NCBI RefSeq assembly: GCF_056712565.1
Contig: NZ_CM160072.1
Reading direction: 5' to 3' (one strand)
DNA: 64,000 nt
The notes under the pieces are model-generated. The model searched no databases. It was not told the DNA's origin and was given only the letters and a program-made list of their open reading frames with translations. The stretch's first letter is position 1, and each line of letters starts with the position of its first letter. Both the position numbers and the translations under genes were made by a program. Shown here piece by piece: positions 45,451 through 54,331 of the stretch.

Positions 45451-45891
45451 CTATAGATTTTTTATCTAAATCAGCATGGTTGCAGGTACATACTCAAGTA
45501 AGCCACTCAAGAAAATAACGTAAACTCAATAGTGGCAGCGTCACAAACTTTGGAAATTATGTCTTATATTTGCAGTTTATTTTAGTGAATAATTGAGATA
45601 AATGACATTATTTTACATCCTCAATAATTCAGGCTGTAAGAGGACGGCAAATACATTCATAATTATCAGGGGATGAACATTCAGGAAAGTAGTCAGTATC
45701 GTCAACTTTTTCTTTTATCACTACATGAAGATTTCGTGTAGATACTCCCATCTCTGCCACTTCTCCCCTCACATTTACACTGGAGCTAAACCCGCCGATT
45801 GCGCTACAATGCCCGCCCTTAAAGTGGGGGCACTCCCCTAACCGCTTCATCAGGTGAAGCGGCTCTGACCTGTCATCAGAACGAGAGAATT

Positions 45892-47253
45892 ATGTTTAAA
45901 CCGGAACTCCTTTCCCCGGCGGGAACGCTGAAAAATATGCGTTACGCTTTCGCTTATGGCGCAGATGCTGTTTATGCGGGCCAGCCGCGTTACTCCCTGC
46001 GTGTACGCAACAACGAATTCAACCACGAAAATCTTCAGCTCGGCATCAATGAAGCCCACGCGCTGGGGAAAAAGTTTTATGTCGTGGTCAACATTGCACC
46101 GCACAACGCCAAGCTGAAAACCTTTATCCGTGACCTGAAACCGGTGGTGGAAATGGGGCCGGATGCGCTGATTATGTCCGATCCAGGGCTGATTATGCTG
46201 GTGCGTGAACACTTCCCGGAAATGCCAATCCACCTCTCGGTACAGGCTAACGCCGTAAACTGGGCGACGGTGAAATTCTGGCAGCAAATGGGTCTGACCC
46301 GCGTGATCCTCTCTCGCGAACTGTCACTGGAAGAGATTGAAGAGATCCGCAATCAGGTGCCGGATATGGAGATCGAAATCTTCGTTCACGGCGCGCTGTG
46401 CATGGCCTACTCCGGTCGCTGCCTGCTCTCTGGCTATATCAACAAGCGCGACCCGAACCAGGGCACCTGCACCAACGCCTGCCGCTGGGAGTACAATGTC
46501 CAGGAAGGGAAAGAAGATGACGTCGGCAACATCGTACACAAGTACGAGCCGATTCCGGTGCAAAATGTTGAGCCGACGCTGGGTATCGGCGCGCCAACCG
46601 ACAAAGTGTTTATGATCGAAGAAGCCCAGCGTCCGGGCGAGTATATGACCGCGTTTGAAGATGAGCACGGCACTTACATCATGAACTCGAAAGATCTGCG
46701 CGCCATCGCCCATGTTGAACGCCTGACCAAAATGGGCGTGCATTCGCTGAAAATCGAAGGCCGTACCAAATCTTTCTACTATTGCGCACGCACCGCGCAG
46801 GTTTACCGTAAAGCTATCGATGACGCCGCTGCGGGCAAACCGTTCGATACCAGCCTGCTGGAAACGCTGGAAGGTCTGGCGCATCGTGGCTATACCGAAG
46901 GTTTCCTGCGTCGTCATACCCACGACGATTATCAGAACTACGAATACGGTTATTCGGTTTCTGACCGCCAGCAGTTTGTTGGTGAGTTTACCGGTGAGCG
47001 CAAGGGGGAGCTCGCGGCGGTAGCGGTGAAAAATAAATTCTCCGTTGGCGACAGCCTTGAGCTGATGACGCCGCAAGGCAACATTAACTTTACCCTTGAG
47101 CATATGGAAAACGCCAAAGGTGAAGCGATGCCGGTCGCACCAGGCGATGGTTATACTGTGTGGCTCCCGGTGCCGCAGGATCTTGAGCTAAATTACGCGC
47201 TGCTGATGCGTAATTTCTCCGGGGAAACCACGCGTAACCCCCACGGTAAGTGA
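45892..47253 (+). CDS. yegQ: U32-family peptidase-like protein (tRNA U34 hydroxylation factor)
   Basis: 453 aa starting MFKPELLSPAGTLKNMRYAFAYGADAVYAGQPRYSLR, typical of U32 family sequences. Confidence 0.92.
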   Translation: MFKPELLSPAGTLKNMRYAFAYGADAVYAGQPRYSLRVRNNEFNHENLQLGINEAHALGKKFYVVVNIAPHNAKLKTFIRDLKPVVEMGPDALIMSDPGLIMLVREHFPEMPIHLSVQANAVNWATVKFWQQMGLTRVILSRELSLEEIEEIRNQVPDMEIEIFVHGALCMAYSGRCLLSGYINKRDPNQGTCTNACRWEYNVQEGKEDDVGNIVHKYEPIPVQNVEPTLGIGAPTDKVFMIEEAQRPGEYMTAFEDEHGTYIMNSKDLRAIAHVERLTKMGVHSLKIEGRTKSFYYCARTAQVYRKAIDDAAAGKPFDTSLLETLEGLAHRGYTEGFLRRHTHDDYQNYEYGYSVSDRQQFVGEFTGERKGELAAVAVKNKFSVGDSLELMTPQGNINFTLEHMENAKGEAMPVAPGDGYTVWLPVPQDLELNYALLMRNFSGETTRNPHGK

Positions 47254-47337
47254 TTAATTTCGATTATTTTTCCCGGATGGAAAATTCTTAGAAACCGATC
47301 ACATACAGCTGCATTTATTAAGGTTATCATCCGTTTC

Positions 47338-47424
47338 GCTGAAAAACATAACCCATAAAATGCTAGCTGTACCAGGAACCACCTCCTTAGCCTGTGTAAT
47401 CTCCCTTACGCAGGCTTATTTTTT
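47338..47424 (+). ncRNA. cyaR: CyaR (RyeE) Hfq-dependent sRNA
   Basis: GCTGAAAAACATAACCCATAAAATGCTAGCTGTACCAGGAACCACCTCCTTAGCCTGTGTAATCTCCCTTACGCAGGCTTATTTTTT. 87 nt, matching the remembered CyaR almost base for base, including the terminator. Confidence 0.9.
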
Positions 47425-47488
47425 ACGCGTAACACAATGAAATAAAAGGATTTATTTCTGGTCACGTCCACACATTGACCACATCGAC

Positions 47489-47512
47489 AAAAAAGCCCCT
47501 CGACTGAGGGGC
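47489..47512 (-). terminator. Rho-independent terminator after ogr
   Basis: The minus strand reads GCCCCTC-AGTC-GAGGGGC followed by TTTTTT. Confidence 0.8.
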
Positions 47513-47525
47513 TTCCTGTTTGTAA

Positions 47526-47744
47526 TTACATCCACATAATTTGCTGCCCTGACGGCAACGGGTGCGGTCTTACGGCGTGGACTTCTCCCGGCTTCACGAT
47601 GTATCGCTGTACCGACTCATAAGTGATGAATGTGGCGCTGCAATTCACGTTCTGACACTGGTGATAACGCTCTTTTGTCGTGTCAGTGATATAGCGGCTT
47701 GTACGCGCATGTGCGGCATGCTGGCATAAAGGACAATGAAACAT
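47526..47744 (-). CDS. ogr: Late-gene transcription activator Ogr (zinc finger)
   Basis: Start set at MFHCPLCQHAAHARTSRY, giving 72 aa. Cys pattern CxxC...CxxxxC. Confidence 0.92.
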   Translation of the reverse strand: MFHCPLCQHAAHARTSRYITDTTKERYHQCQNVNCSATFITYESVQRYIVKPGEVHAVRPHPLPSGQQIMWM

Positions 47745-47825
47745 CGCGAGCACCTCTTCCGGTTTTGTTGATGGTGCTATTTTAGTTAATTTATCCTTAT
47801 AAAACAAATAGATAAAATAAAAACA

Positions 47826-48989
47826 TCACTCATCATCTTCTGTTTCGTACTCCACATCAGAAAGCCTGACCTCAAGCTCCAAGGACGTCGTGAAGCCGCT
47901 ATTATTCAGAAAATGTGTCACCTTAGTGATTGTCCAGTCCTGCTCGTCTATGACGCGCTTAAAGCCTGACACTTTAACCGGTGTTTCCGTGTAAATATCT
48001 GCCCGACCGGTAGCCAGGCTGATGGAGAACTCCGCAACGCCCCGTTGCAGCTTATCCCACTTCGCCTGAGCGGCGCGCATGGCCTGCGCTTTCGTGGCAT
48101 ATACCGCGGTCAGGGCAAAAACATTGTCAGCCTCACCTGCCATGTATTCACCTTCGCGCGCTTCCGGTACTTTTGGCGCTTTCTTCTGCGTGACTGGTTT
48201 CGCTTTCGGGTGCTCCAGTGCGCGCAGGTGTTTCTCTTTCTTTTTGCGTTTCAGTTTTACCTTCTGCTTTTGTGGCTTCGGGTCTTTGGTGTGTAACCAC
48301 TTTGCCGTTACGCCGGTATAGGCTCCACGGTCAGCAATCGCAAAATGATGGCGGTCGCCGTCGCTGCGGGTGATGGTAATCTGCGGGATTTTTTTACCGC
48401 TGGCCGTCACCCCCTGCCCCGCCTTGAGAAACAACAGTTTTCCCATTTTTACCGACACCTCACCGCCGTTGCGTTCAGCAAGGCGGGTCAGGAATTTTGC
48501 ATCAGACTCCTGCGACTGGTCGATGTGCGGGATTTTAATTCCGGCCAGTGACGGAGCGACACTGGCTTCCAGCCTGTTACGGGAGGCTATCGCTTCAACA
48601 ATCGCACCGAGCGTGGTGTCATGCCAGGAGCCTTCACGGCGGGAATTGAGCGTCCCGCGAAAATCTGCACTCCGGGCGCGGATGGTGACCACATCCGGTG
48701 CGCCCCGGTGTTCAACCTCATCAACGGTAAATTTCCCTTTGCATACCAGGGCAAAACCTTTCCAGCCGATATACACCGTCAGGACAGCGCCACGAACCGG
48801 CAGCCCGACCTGCCCGTCGGCATCGTTCAGTTCAATATCAAGCTGGTCAGCCTCAAAGCCCCGGTTATCCGTCAGGGTCATGCTCATCAGACGGTCGCTG
48901 ATATTGCCGGTAATATCCCTGTTGTCGAGCATCAGCATGTAATCCGGCGTCAGCGTACTGCCTGCATCAAATGTCAGTGCATCCAGCAT
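47826..48989 (-). CDS. D: P2 gpD tail protein
   Basis: 387 aa starting MLDALTFDAGSTLTPDYMLMLDNRDITGN. Lys-rich middle segment. Confidence 0.9.
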   Translation of the reverse strand: MLDALTFDAGSTLTPDYMLMLDNRDITGNISDRLMSMTLTDNRGFEADQLDIELNDADGQVGLPVRGAVLTVYIGWKGFALVCKGKFTVDEVEHRGAPDVVTIRARSADFRGTLNSRREGSWHDTTLGAIVEAIASRNRLEASVAPSLAGIKIPHIDQSQESDAKFLTRLAERNGGEVSVKMGKLLFLKAGQGVTASGKKIPQITITRSDGDRHHFAIADRGAYTGVTAKWLHTKDPKPQKQKVKLKRKKKEKHLRALEHPKAKPVTQKKAPKVPEAREGEYMAGEADNVFALTAVYATKAQAMRAAQAKWDKLQRGVAEFSISLATGRADIYTETPVKVSGFKRVIDEQDWTITKVTHFLNNSGFTTSLELEVRLSDVEYETEDDE

Positions 48990-49468
48990 TATCCCGCCCC
49001 CGTCATATCCGTGAATTTAGTCGCCATACTGCCAGCCTTACCGATGAGCGATTCTGCCTGTTTACCGATATCGCCATAAAGCGCGGCCAGTGATTCATCA
49101 ACGCGGGTGAGCGACAGCGTAAAATCAATTTTCCGGGGTGTGCCGTCTGCAAAGAAAATACTCCCTGTTTCACTCACCCTGCTGATGACATACATGCCGT
49201 AAATCATGCCGGTGCCATCCAGCAACGGCCACGCCCGGCCTTCCTCAGCCATCAGCCTGAGCGTGGTCATCGTCAGCTTGCCGCCGGTCAGTTCGGGATA
49301 AAGCACACCGGCAAGCGTGATATTTTCCTCGCCAACACCGAGAAACTGAAAGGCATCCCGTTTGCCGATACGGGAATTTGACGCCCAGCGATAATCTGAT
49401 TCACGCTGCATGGTCTGGTGTGGCAGCGTCTGGCGCATAAAAACAAACATACCTAACGCGAGCATCAT
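48989..49468 (-). CDS. U: P2 gpU tail protein
   Basis: 159 aa, at the P2 position between T and D. Confidence 0.85.
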   Translation of the reverse strand: MMLALGMFVFMRQTLPHQTMQRESDYRWASNSRIGKRDAFQFLGVGEENITLAGVLYPELTGGKLTMTTLRLMAEEGRAWPLLDGTGMIYGMYVISRVSETGSIFFADGTPRKIDFTLSLTRVDESLAALYGDIGKQAESLIGKAGSMATKFTDMTGAG

Positions 49469-49482
49469 TTTTCGTCACCTCC

Positions 49483-51930
49483 TTAACCGTCATGCATCAT
49501 GCTGGCACGGGCGCGCGCACGTTTATCCCGCTCGTATTTTTCGAGCGCATCCTGTAACTGGCGGTCAAGCTGTGTCCCCGGCGCAGTACCACCCGTCAGG
49601 CTGATGTGATATTCGTTTTTACTCTGGTCCACATAAGAGCGGCCAGCCGGTGCCGTGACCGGCTGATAAGCCTGATAGCCTGCATAAGAGCTGGTCGCCG
49701 GAATATAACCACCGGTGCCATACGTGGCGGCATGAGTTCTGGCGGCGGTCTGGTCAAGTGTGTCTGACTCTTTGTTGATAACACCGAGTTTTTCCAGTAC
49801 CCAGTCAATACCGCTGCGCAGTTTGTTGAACGCATTAAGCGGCAGCATCAGCGCGTCAGCCAGTGCCTGCCCGAACATGACGCCCGTGTCACGGCAACGG
49901 TTCAGGGTGTCCCGGGTGGCTTTAACCGGAGCAATCAGGTTTGTAAACCACTGCCACGCGGCCTGTAACTTTTCGCCCAGCCAGTCAAACACCGGCTTAA
50001 GTGGCGTGAACAGCTCCCCCACCGGCGCAAATGCCGCTTTCAGCCCTTCAACCACACCGCCAAAGAATGCGCTGACAGGCTCCCAGTATTTACGGATAAG
50101 CAACGCCCCGGCGACAATGGCAGCCACCACGGCCACAACCGGCCAGCTAATCGCCCCGATGGCCGTCATAACAGCACTGCCAACCGTCGTGAAGATTGCC
50201 CCCATTGCGCCTGCTGCCGCGATAATAGCATTGATGCCGGTGATAACCGGCCAGGCTACGAGGCCAATGGCACCAATGATGCCAGTCAGCGCCAGTGCAC
50301 CACCGGCAATTAGGCCAATGGTTAACGCCAGTGATTTGTTTTTCTGGATCCAGCCGTCGAGTTTTAACACATACTTTGTGGCCGTCTGCGTGAGCTTACG
50401 CAGTGCGCCTTCCTGCTGGTCAAACAGGTCAGTCCCCACCGCCTCATAAGCGGACTGAAACTCCTTAAAGTCACCGCCGAGGTTGTCCTGCATGATATTT
50501 ACCAGTTCTGCGGTCTTTCCGTCTGAGGCTTTAAACGCAGCGGTCAGTTTGTCCAGCTTTCCGGTTGAGGCGGCAGTCATCAGCACGGCGGCGGCTGAAC
50601 TGGCCTCCTCCCCGAAAATGGTTTTCATGTATTCAGCCTGCTGGGCAGTACCGAGCCGGTTTTTCTCAAAACTGGCCTGCATTTCTTTCAGAATGGTAAA
50701 TACTGGTCGGGTGTTTCCCTTACTGTCTGAGGTTTTCACACCAAGCTCTTTGAGTGCATCCCATGCTTTTCCCGTCGGTGCCTGCAGGCGGCTTAACACG
50801 GCACGGCTTCCCGTTCCCGCCATTGAACCGGTAATTTTTGCATCATGCAGCGCCCCGACCATTGCGGCTGTTTCTTCAATGCTGACACCGGCATTTTTTG
50901 CCACAGGTGCGGCATAGGTCAGCGCATCGCTCATACCGTCAAAATCGGCGGCGGTTTTGTTCATCGTCATGGAGAGAACATCCCCGATATGAGCGACCTT
51001 ATCGTTTGAAAGCTGAAAGGCGGATTTCATCCCCATCAGCAGGGCGGCGTTTTCTTCCATCGTGCGGCGGTTCGCCAGCGCCATATTCAGCGTGACCGGC
51101 GTTGCCGCCTGAATGGCATCAACATCCCCACCGGCTTTCGCAATGATAATCTGCGCACCGGCAGCATCATCCGCCGAGGCGGCTGTGTTGTCGCCGAGCT
51201 GGCGCGCCTGTTTGCGTAGCGCGGCCATTTCGGCAGAATCTTTTGCCACACCGAGCACGGCCTGTAATTCTGAGTTTTTCTGCGCAAACTCATAACCGGG
51301 CATCAGCAGCTTAACACCGGCCATCGTTCCCGCCGCCGCAATCCCCACACCGGCAGCGCCCACTGAGGCCATATTTCCGGCCAGTTCCTTTCCGGCCTGA
51401 TAACGCTGTTTGACTGCGTTAAGTTTTGCCTGTTGCGCACTGACACGCGCCAGCGCGTCACGCTGCCGGTTAAGCTGGGCGGTGGTTTCACTGATACGGT
51501 TTTTCAGTCCCTGCTCATCATGTGCAAGATTGCGGGTATTAATTCCCACAGCGGCCAGTTCCCGCTGCTGGCGTTTAACGGAATCTGTCAGGCGGTTATA
51601 TTTCGCCTGTAAGTCCTCCGCCGCACGCTTTGCGGATTCCAGCACTTTCGCCTGAGCACGGGTCGGGCGTTCGGTGTTTTTAAACTGTGTGGCAAGGGCT
51701 TCGGCCTGCTGCCGTGCCTTTTCAAGTGCATGACCAGTCACGGCGAGCTGTGCACTGGTCTTGCGGAATCCCTCAATACGGGATGCGTGACCGTTCAGCT
51801 CGCGCAGTGATTTTTGTGTTTCCCGGATATCCCCCGACAGCAACTTACTCGCTGTGCGGATGGATTTAAACGGGCGGGACGCCTGGTCAACAGCCCTGAG
51901 CAATACCTGTAATTTTACATTGTTACTCAT
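49483..51930 (-). CDS. T: Tail tape measure protein gpT
   Basis: 815 aa, Ala/Gly-rich with a coiled-coil N-terminus and hydrophobic central segments. Confidence 0.9.
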   Translation of the reverse strand: MSNNVKLQVLLRAVDQASRPFKSIRTASKLLSGDIRETQKSLRELNGHASRIEGFRKTSAQLAVTGHALEKARQQAEALATQFKNTERPTRAQAKVLESAKRAAEDLQAKYNRLTDSVKRQQRELAAVGINTRNLAHDEQGLKNRISETTAQLNRQRDALARVSAQQAKLNAVKQRYQAGKELAGNMASVGAAGVGIAAAGTMAGVKLLMPGYEFAQKNSELQAVLGVAKDSAEMAALRKQARQLGDNTAASADDAAGAQIIIAKAGGDVDAIQAATPVTLNMALANRRTMEENAALLMGMKSAFQLSNDKVAHIGDVLSMTMNKTAADFDGMSDALTYAAPVAKNAGVSIEETAAMVGALHDAKITGSMAGTGSRAVLSRLQAPTGKAWDALKELGVKTSDSKGNTRPVFTILKEMQASFEKNRLGTAQQAEYMKTIFGEEASSAAAVLMTAASTGKLDKLTAAFKASDGKTAELVNIMQDNLGGDFKEFQSAYEAVGTDLFDQQEGALRKLTQTATKYVLKLDGWIQKNKSLALTIGLIAGGALALTGIIGAIGLVAWPVITGINAIIAAAGAMGAIFTTVGSAVMTAIGAISWPVVAVVAAIVAGALLIRKYWEPVSAFFGGVVEGLKAAFAPVGELFTPLKPVFDWLGEKLQAAWQWFTNLIAPVKATRDTLNRCRDTGVMFGQALADALMLPLNAFNKLRSGIDWVLEKLGVINKESDTLDQTAARTHAATYGTGGYIPATSSYAGYQAYQPVTAPAGRSYVDQSKNEYHISLTGGTAPGTQLDRQLQDALEKYERDKRARARASMMHDG

Positions 51931-52350
51931 TCGTGTTTCCGCTTCGCCTGAGCGCCTTTTCGCGCCATGTGATGAGTTCGGTCAGGCTCATGGGATACAG
52001 TTCTGATGGCGGCCAGTGAAATATCACTGCCACATCCGCCATCAGGTCATCGACCGACAGATTTTTCGGAAGCGTCACTGCACCGAGTTCGGCGACAAAA
52101 AACCGACCACCTTACCGGCCAGCGCCACAAGGTCAGGCAGTTCCAGCGCGGCGACTTCCTGCTCGGTCAGCATCGGTGCCGTCATGCGCGGCAGCACCTT
52201 AATCAGTGCATCGACTTCGGAGTTCGCGACCGCAGCCAGACTGACACCGCGCAGCGTCCCGGCATTAGGTTTCATCAGCGTGACCTGTTCGATAACCTGC
52301 TCACCACGCTTGACCGGATTGTCCAGGGTAATCACATTTTCTTTGTTCAT
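51923..52350 (-). CDS. E': gpE+E' -1 frameshift product (142 aa)
   Basis: Slippery heptamer T_TTT_TTG at 52096-52102 (minus strand). The hand-translated -1 frame continues VAELGAVTLPKNLSVDDLMADVAVIFHWPPSELYPMSLTELITWREKALRRSGNTNE* and ends at 51923, overlapping the T start. 85 + 57 = 142 aa. Confidence 0.85.
52075..52350 (-). CDS. E: Tail assembly chaperone gpE
   Basis: 91 aa, immediately upstream of T. Confidence 0.88.
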   Translation of the reverse strand: MNKENVITLDNPVKRGEQVIEQVTLMKPNAGTLRGVSLAAVANSEVDALIKVLPRMTAPMLTEQEVAALELPDLVALAGKVVGFLSPNSVQ

Positions 52351-52406
52351 GGTTTTCTCACTTCTGAATCGGGGTTAACCGGTCAGCCAGGCTGACCGGA
52401 TGAAAA

Positions 52407-52925
52407 TCACAGGCCGATATTGCGGCGGTGTTGCTCCAGCCGGTCGACGCCGTTCACCTTCTCAATCATGTTGATGGTGTCGATTTCGACCAGCTCCTTA
52501 CCGTCCATCGTCAGCCGGAAATAGGTGCAGACCACGGAGATTTTCGACTCGGTGTCTTCTCCCTGTTTGCCCTCGCCGGTGTCGATTTCTTTCTGACGTC
52601 CACGCATGACCACCTCGACGGCCACCGTTTCGCCGGTATCGTCGCGCTGGTAAGAGCCTGCAAAACGAATCGGTACGGAATCCACACCGGTTGCGGCGTA
52701 AAGCTCCCAGATAACCGAATCCGGGAAGCCACCGAGCGACCACTCCATTGACAGCGCATCGTCATCAAGGCCGAGGTCTACCGGTGCGCTGCCGTTCATC
52801 CCCGCACCGCGATAGTTTTCGAGCTTACGGGTCAGTTTTGGTAGCGTGACGGACTTCGCGACGCCCTGATAGCTGTAGCCGTTCAGAAAGACGTTCATTA
52901 ACTTGAGTTTGCGCGGCATTGCCAT
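52407..52925 (-). CDS. FII: Tail tube protein FII
   Basis: 172 aa starting MAMPRKLKLMNVFLNGYSYQG, after SD TAAGGAG. Confidence 0.9.
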   Translation of the reverse strand: MAMPRKLKLMNVFLNGYSYQGVAKSVTLPKLTRKLENYRGAGMNGSAPVDLGLDDDALSMEWSLGGFPDSVIWELYAATGVDSVPIRFAGSYQRDDTGETVAVEVVMRGRQKEIDTGEGKQGEDTESKISVVCTYFRLTMDGKELVEIDTINMIEKVNGVDRLEQHRRNIGL

Positions 52926-54130
52926 CGGTCAGGCTCCTTATAATTGCTGTTAACCGAGGTGACCAGATTTGCCAGGTATTTATCGGTAATACGCTGGCGC
53001 AGGGTCAGGTTTTCAAGAGGAGGCACCGGTGTATAGTCGTAGTCGATATACAGTTTTCCGGCCTTGAGGGTTTCCGCATCGTTGGATTCTTCGCTGAACC
53101 AGCAGGTCGCATCCACGATATAGCCGTTTGTTTTCAGCTCACGGAATTTGGCATTGATGCCGTCAACGATGTCGCGAATCAGCGTTGCGGTGATGGGCTT
53201 GTCCACCGCCCACATGTGCGCCTCAGCCATCGTGTCAGCCAGTACCTGCGCGGTGCGGGTGTAGTTTTCAAAGAGGAACAGCGGGTCATCAGAGCAGGTA
53301 CGGTTACCCCAGAATCGGAAACCGTCGCGGCGAATCAGCGTAGTGACGCCTGACTCGTTAAGCAGGTCAGCATCGGTGCCGGACTCCTGCAAATCCCAGA
53401 ATACAGATGCGCTGATGCCGGTAACACCGTTTACCCCGACGTTGGACAGCGTTTTATGCCAGCCCTGCTCCTGGTCGATTTTAGCGCGCAGACCCAGCGC
53501 ACGGGCGGTGGCATACGCGGTAGCGGTGGTACTGGTGACCGTATCCCATGCGAGGAAATCCGGCCAGATGACCATCAGCTCACGCTGGCTGAAATTCTGG
53601 CGGTAGGCTTTCACCTCGGAAATGGTCTTACAGCCCCATGCGCTGATATATCCGAAAGCGCGCAGCTTCTGACAGACGGATGCCAGTGCAACAGCCACCT
53701 CTTTGGTATCCAGTCCCGGCACACCGAGAATACGCGGTTTAACACCGGTTACCGACTCCGCCGCCAGCAGGGCTTTTAGTCCGGTGTACTGACCGTTTTC
53801 GTCGGTGGTGCCGATGATATTGGAAACGGTCTGCGCGAGTTTCGTTTCCTCGTCATCACCGGTGCAGTCTTCCACGCGCACGACAACGGTGACCGGTTTT
53901 GACTGGTCAGCGATGGCCTGCAACGATGCCGCCAGCGTGCCTTTTTTACCGGCCTTTGCAATTGCGCTTTGCACATTGGTAATCAGCACCGGTTTATTGA
54001 GGGGGAAGGTTTCCGCATCCGCATCGCTGGCCGTGCAGACCATGCCGACAATGGCAGTGGATACGGTGGAAATGACGCGGGTGCCGTCGTTAATCTCCAG
54101 CACCTGCACGCCATGATGATAGTCACTCAT
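52898..54130 (-). CDS. FI: Contractile tail sheath protein FI
   Basis: 410 aa starting MSDYHHGVQVLEINDGTRVIS. The 3' end overlaps the FII start by 28 nt (see findings). Confidence 0.9.
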   Translation of the reverse strand: MSDYHHGVQVLEINDGTRVISTVSTAIVGMVCTASDADAETFPLNKPVLITNVQSAIAKAGKKGTLAASLQAIADQSKPVTVVVRVEDCTGDDEETKLAQTVSNIIGTTDENGQYTGLKALLAAESVTGVKPRILGVPGLDTKEVAVALASVCQKLRAFGYISAWGCKTISEVKAYRQNFSQRELMVIWPDFLAWDTVTSTTATAYATARALGLRAKIDQEQGWHKTLSNVGVNGVTGISASVFWDLQESGTDADLLNESGVTTLIRRDGFRFWGNRTCSDDPLFLFENYTRTAQVLADTMAEAHMWAVDKPITATLIRDIVDGINAKFRELKTNGYIVDATCWFSEESNDAETLKAGKLYIDYDYTPVPPLENLTLRQRITDKYLANLVTSVNSNYKEPDRWQCRANSS

Positions 54131-54225
54131 CCGTTTAACTCCGTGGTTAATGGGTACAACTATTTTCTGTTGTGCAGAGCATAAGACGCTATTTGACCTG
54201 GCTGGTCAGTGGATGAAACAACAGA

Positions 54226-54254
54226 TAAAGAAAAGGCGGGCAATTCGCCCGCCT
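54226..54254 (-). terminator. Rho-independent terminator for leftward transcription entering from the G/cargo side
   Basis: The minus strand reads AGGCGGGC-GAATT-GCCCGCCT followed by TTTCTTTA. Confidence 0.72.
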
Positions 54255-54312
54255 GTCCTGATTTGTACTCACTCATTTTCCGCCTGACAATTTACATAGC
54301 CCAAATGCTATC

Positions 54313-54331
54313 AAACCTGACAGTCTGCTTT
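54313..54331 (+). repeat. 19-bp dyad-symmetric site A (attL-like boundary of the cargo segment)
   Basis: AAACCTGACAGTCTGCTTT. Direct repeat of 57958-57976 (17/19, embedded in a roughly 26-nt similarity CTA(A)TCAAAsCTGACAGTCTGsTTTG). Confidence 0.55.

Noticed and set aside
45629-45850. A 73-aa Cys-rich minus-strand ORF just upstream of the island operon.
   Set aside because: There is no SD before its ATG. It straddles the GC-rich yegQ promoter/leader and the AT-rich island edge, so it mixes two compositional regimes. It is more likely non-coding leader or promoter DNA.
45842-45862. The hairpin CCGCTTCA-TCAGG-TGAAGCGG in the yegQ leader, considered as a possible attenuator or riboswitch.
   Set aside because: No U-tract follows it and I see no alternative pairing. 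It is probably conserved backbone leader sequence, and the evidence for a regulatory call is insufficient.
54156-54173. The dyad ACAAC-N8-GTTGT, 35 nt upstream of the FI ATG, considered as the Ogr-dependent late promoter PF.
   Set aside because: The orientation (ACA-N12-TGT) is the reverse of the TGT-N12-ACA element I recall. It is also too close to the start codon to be centred near -55. A late promoter is expected between 54131 and 54225, but I cannot place it.
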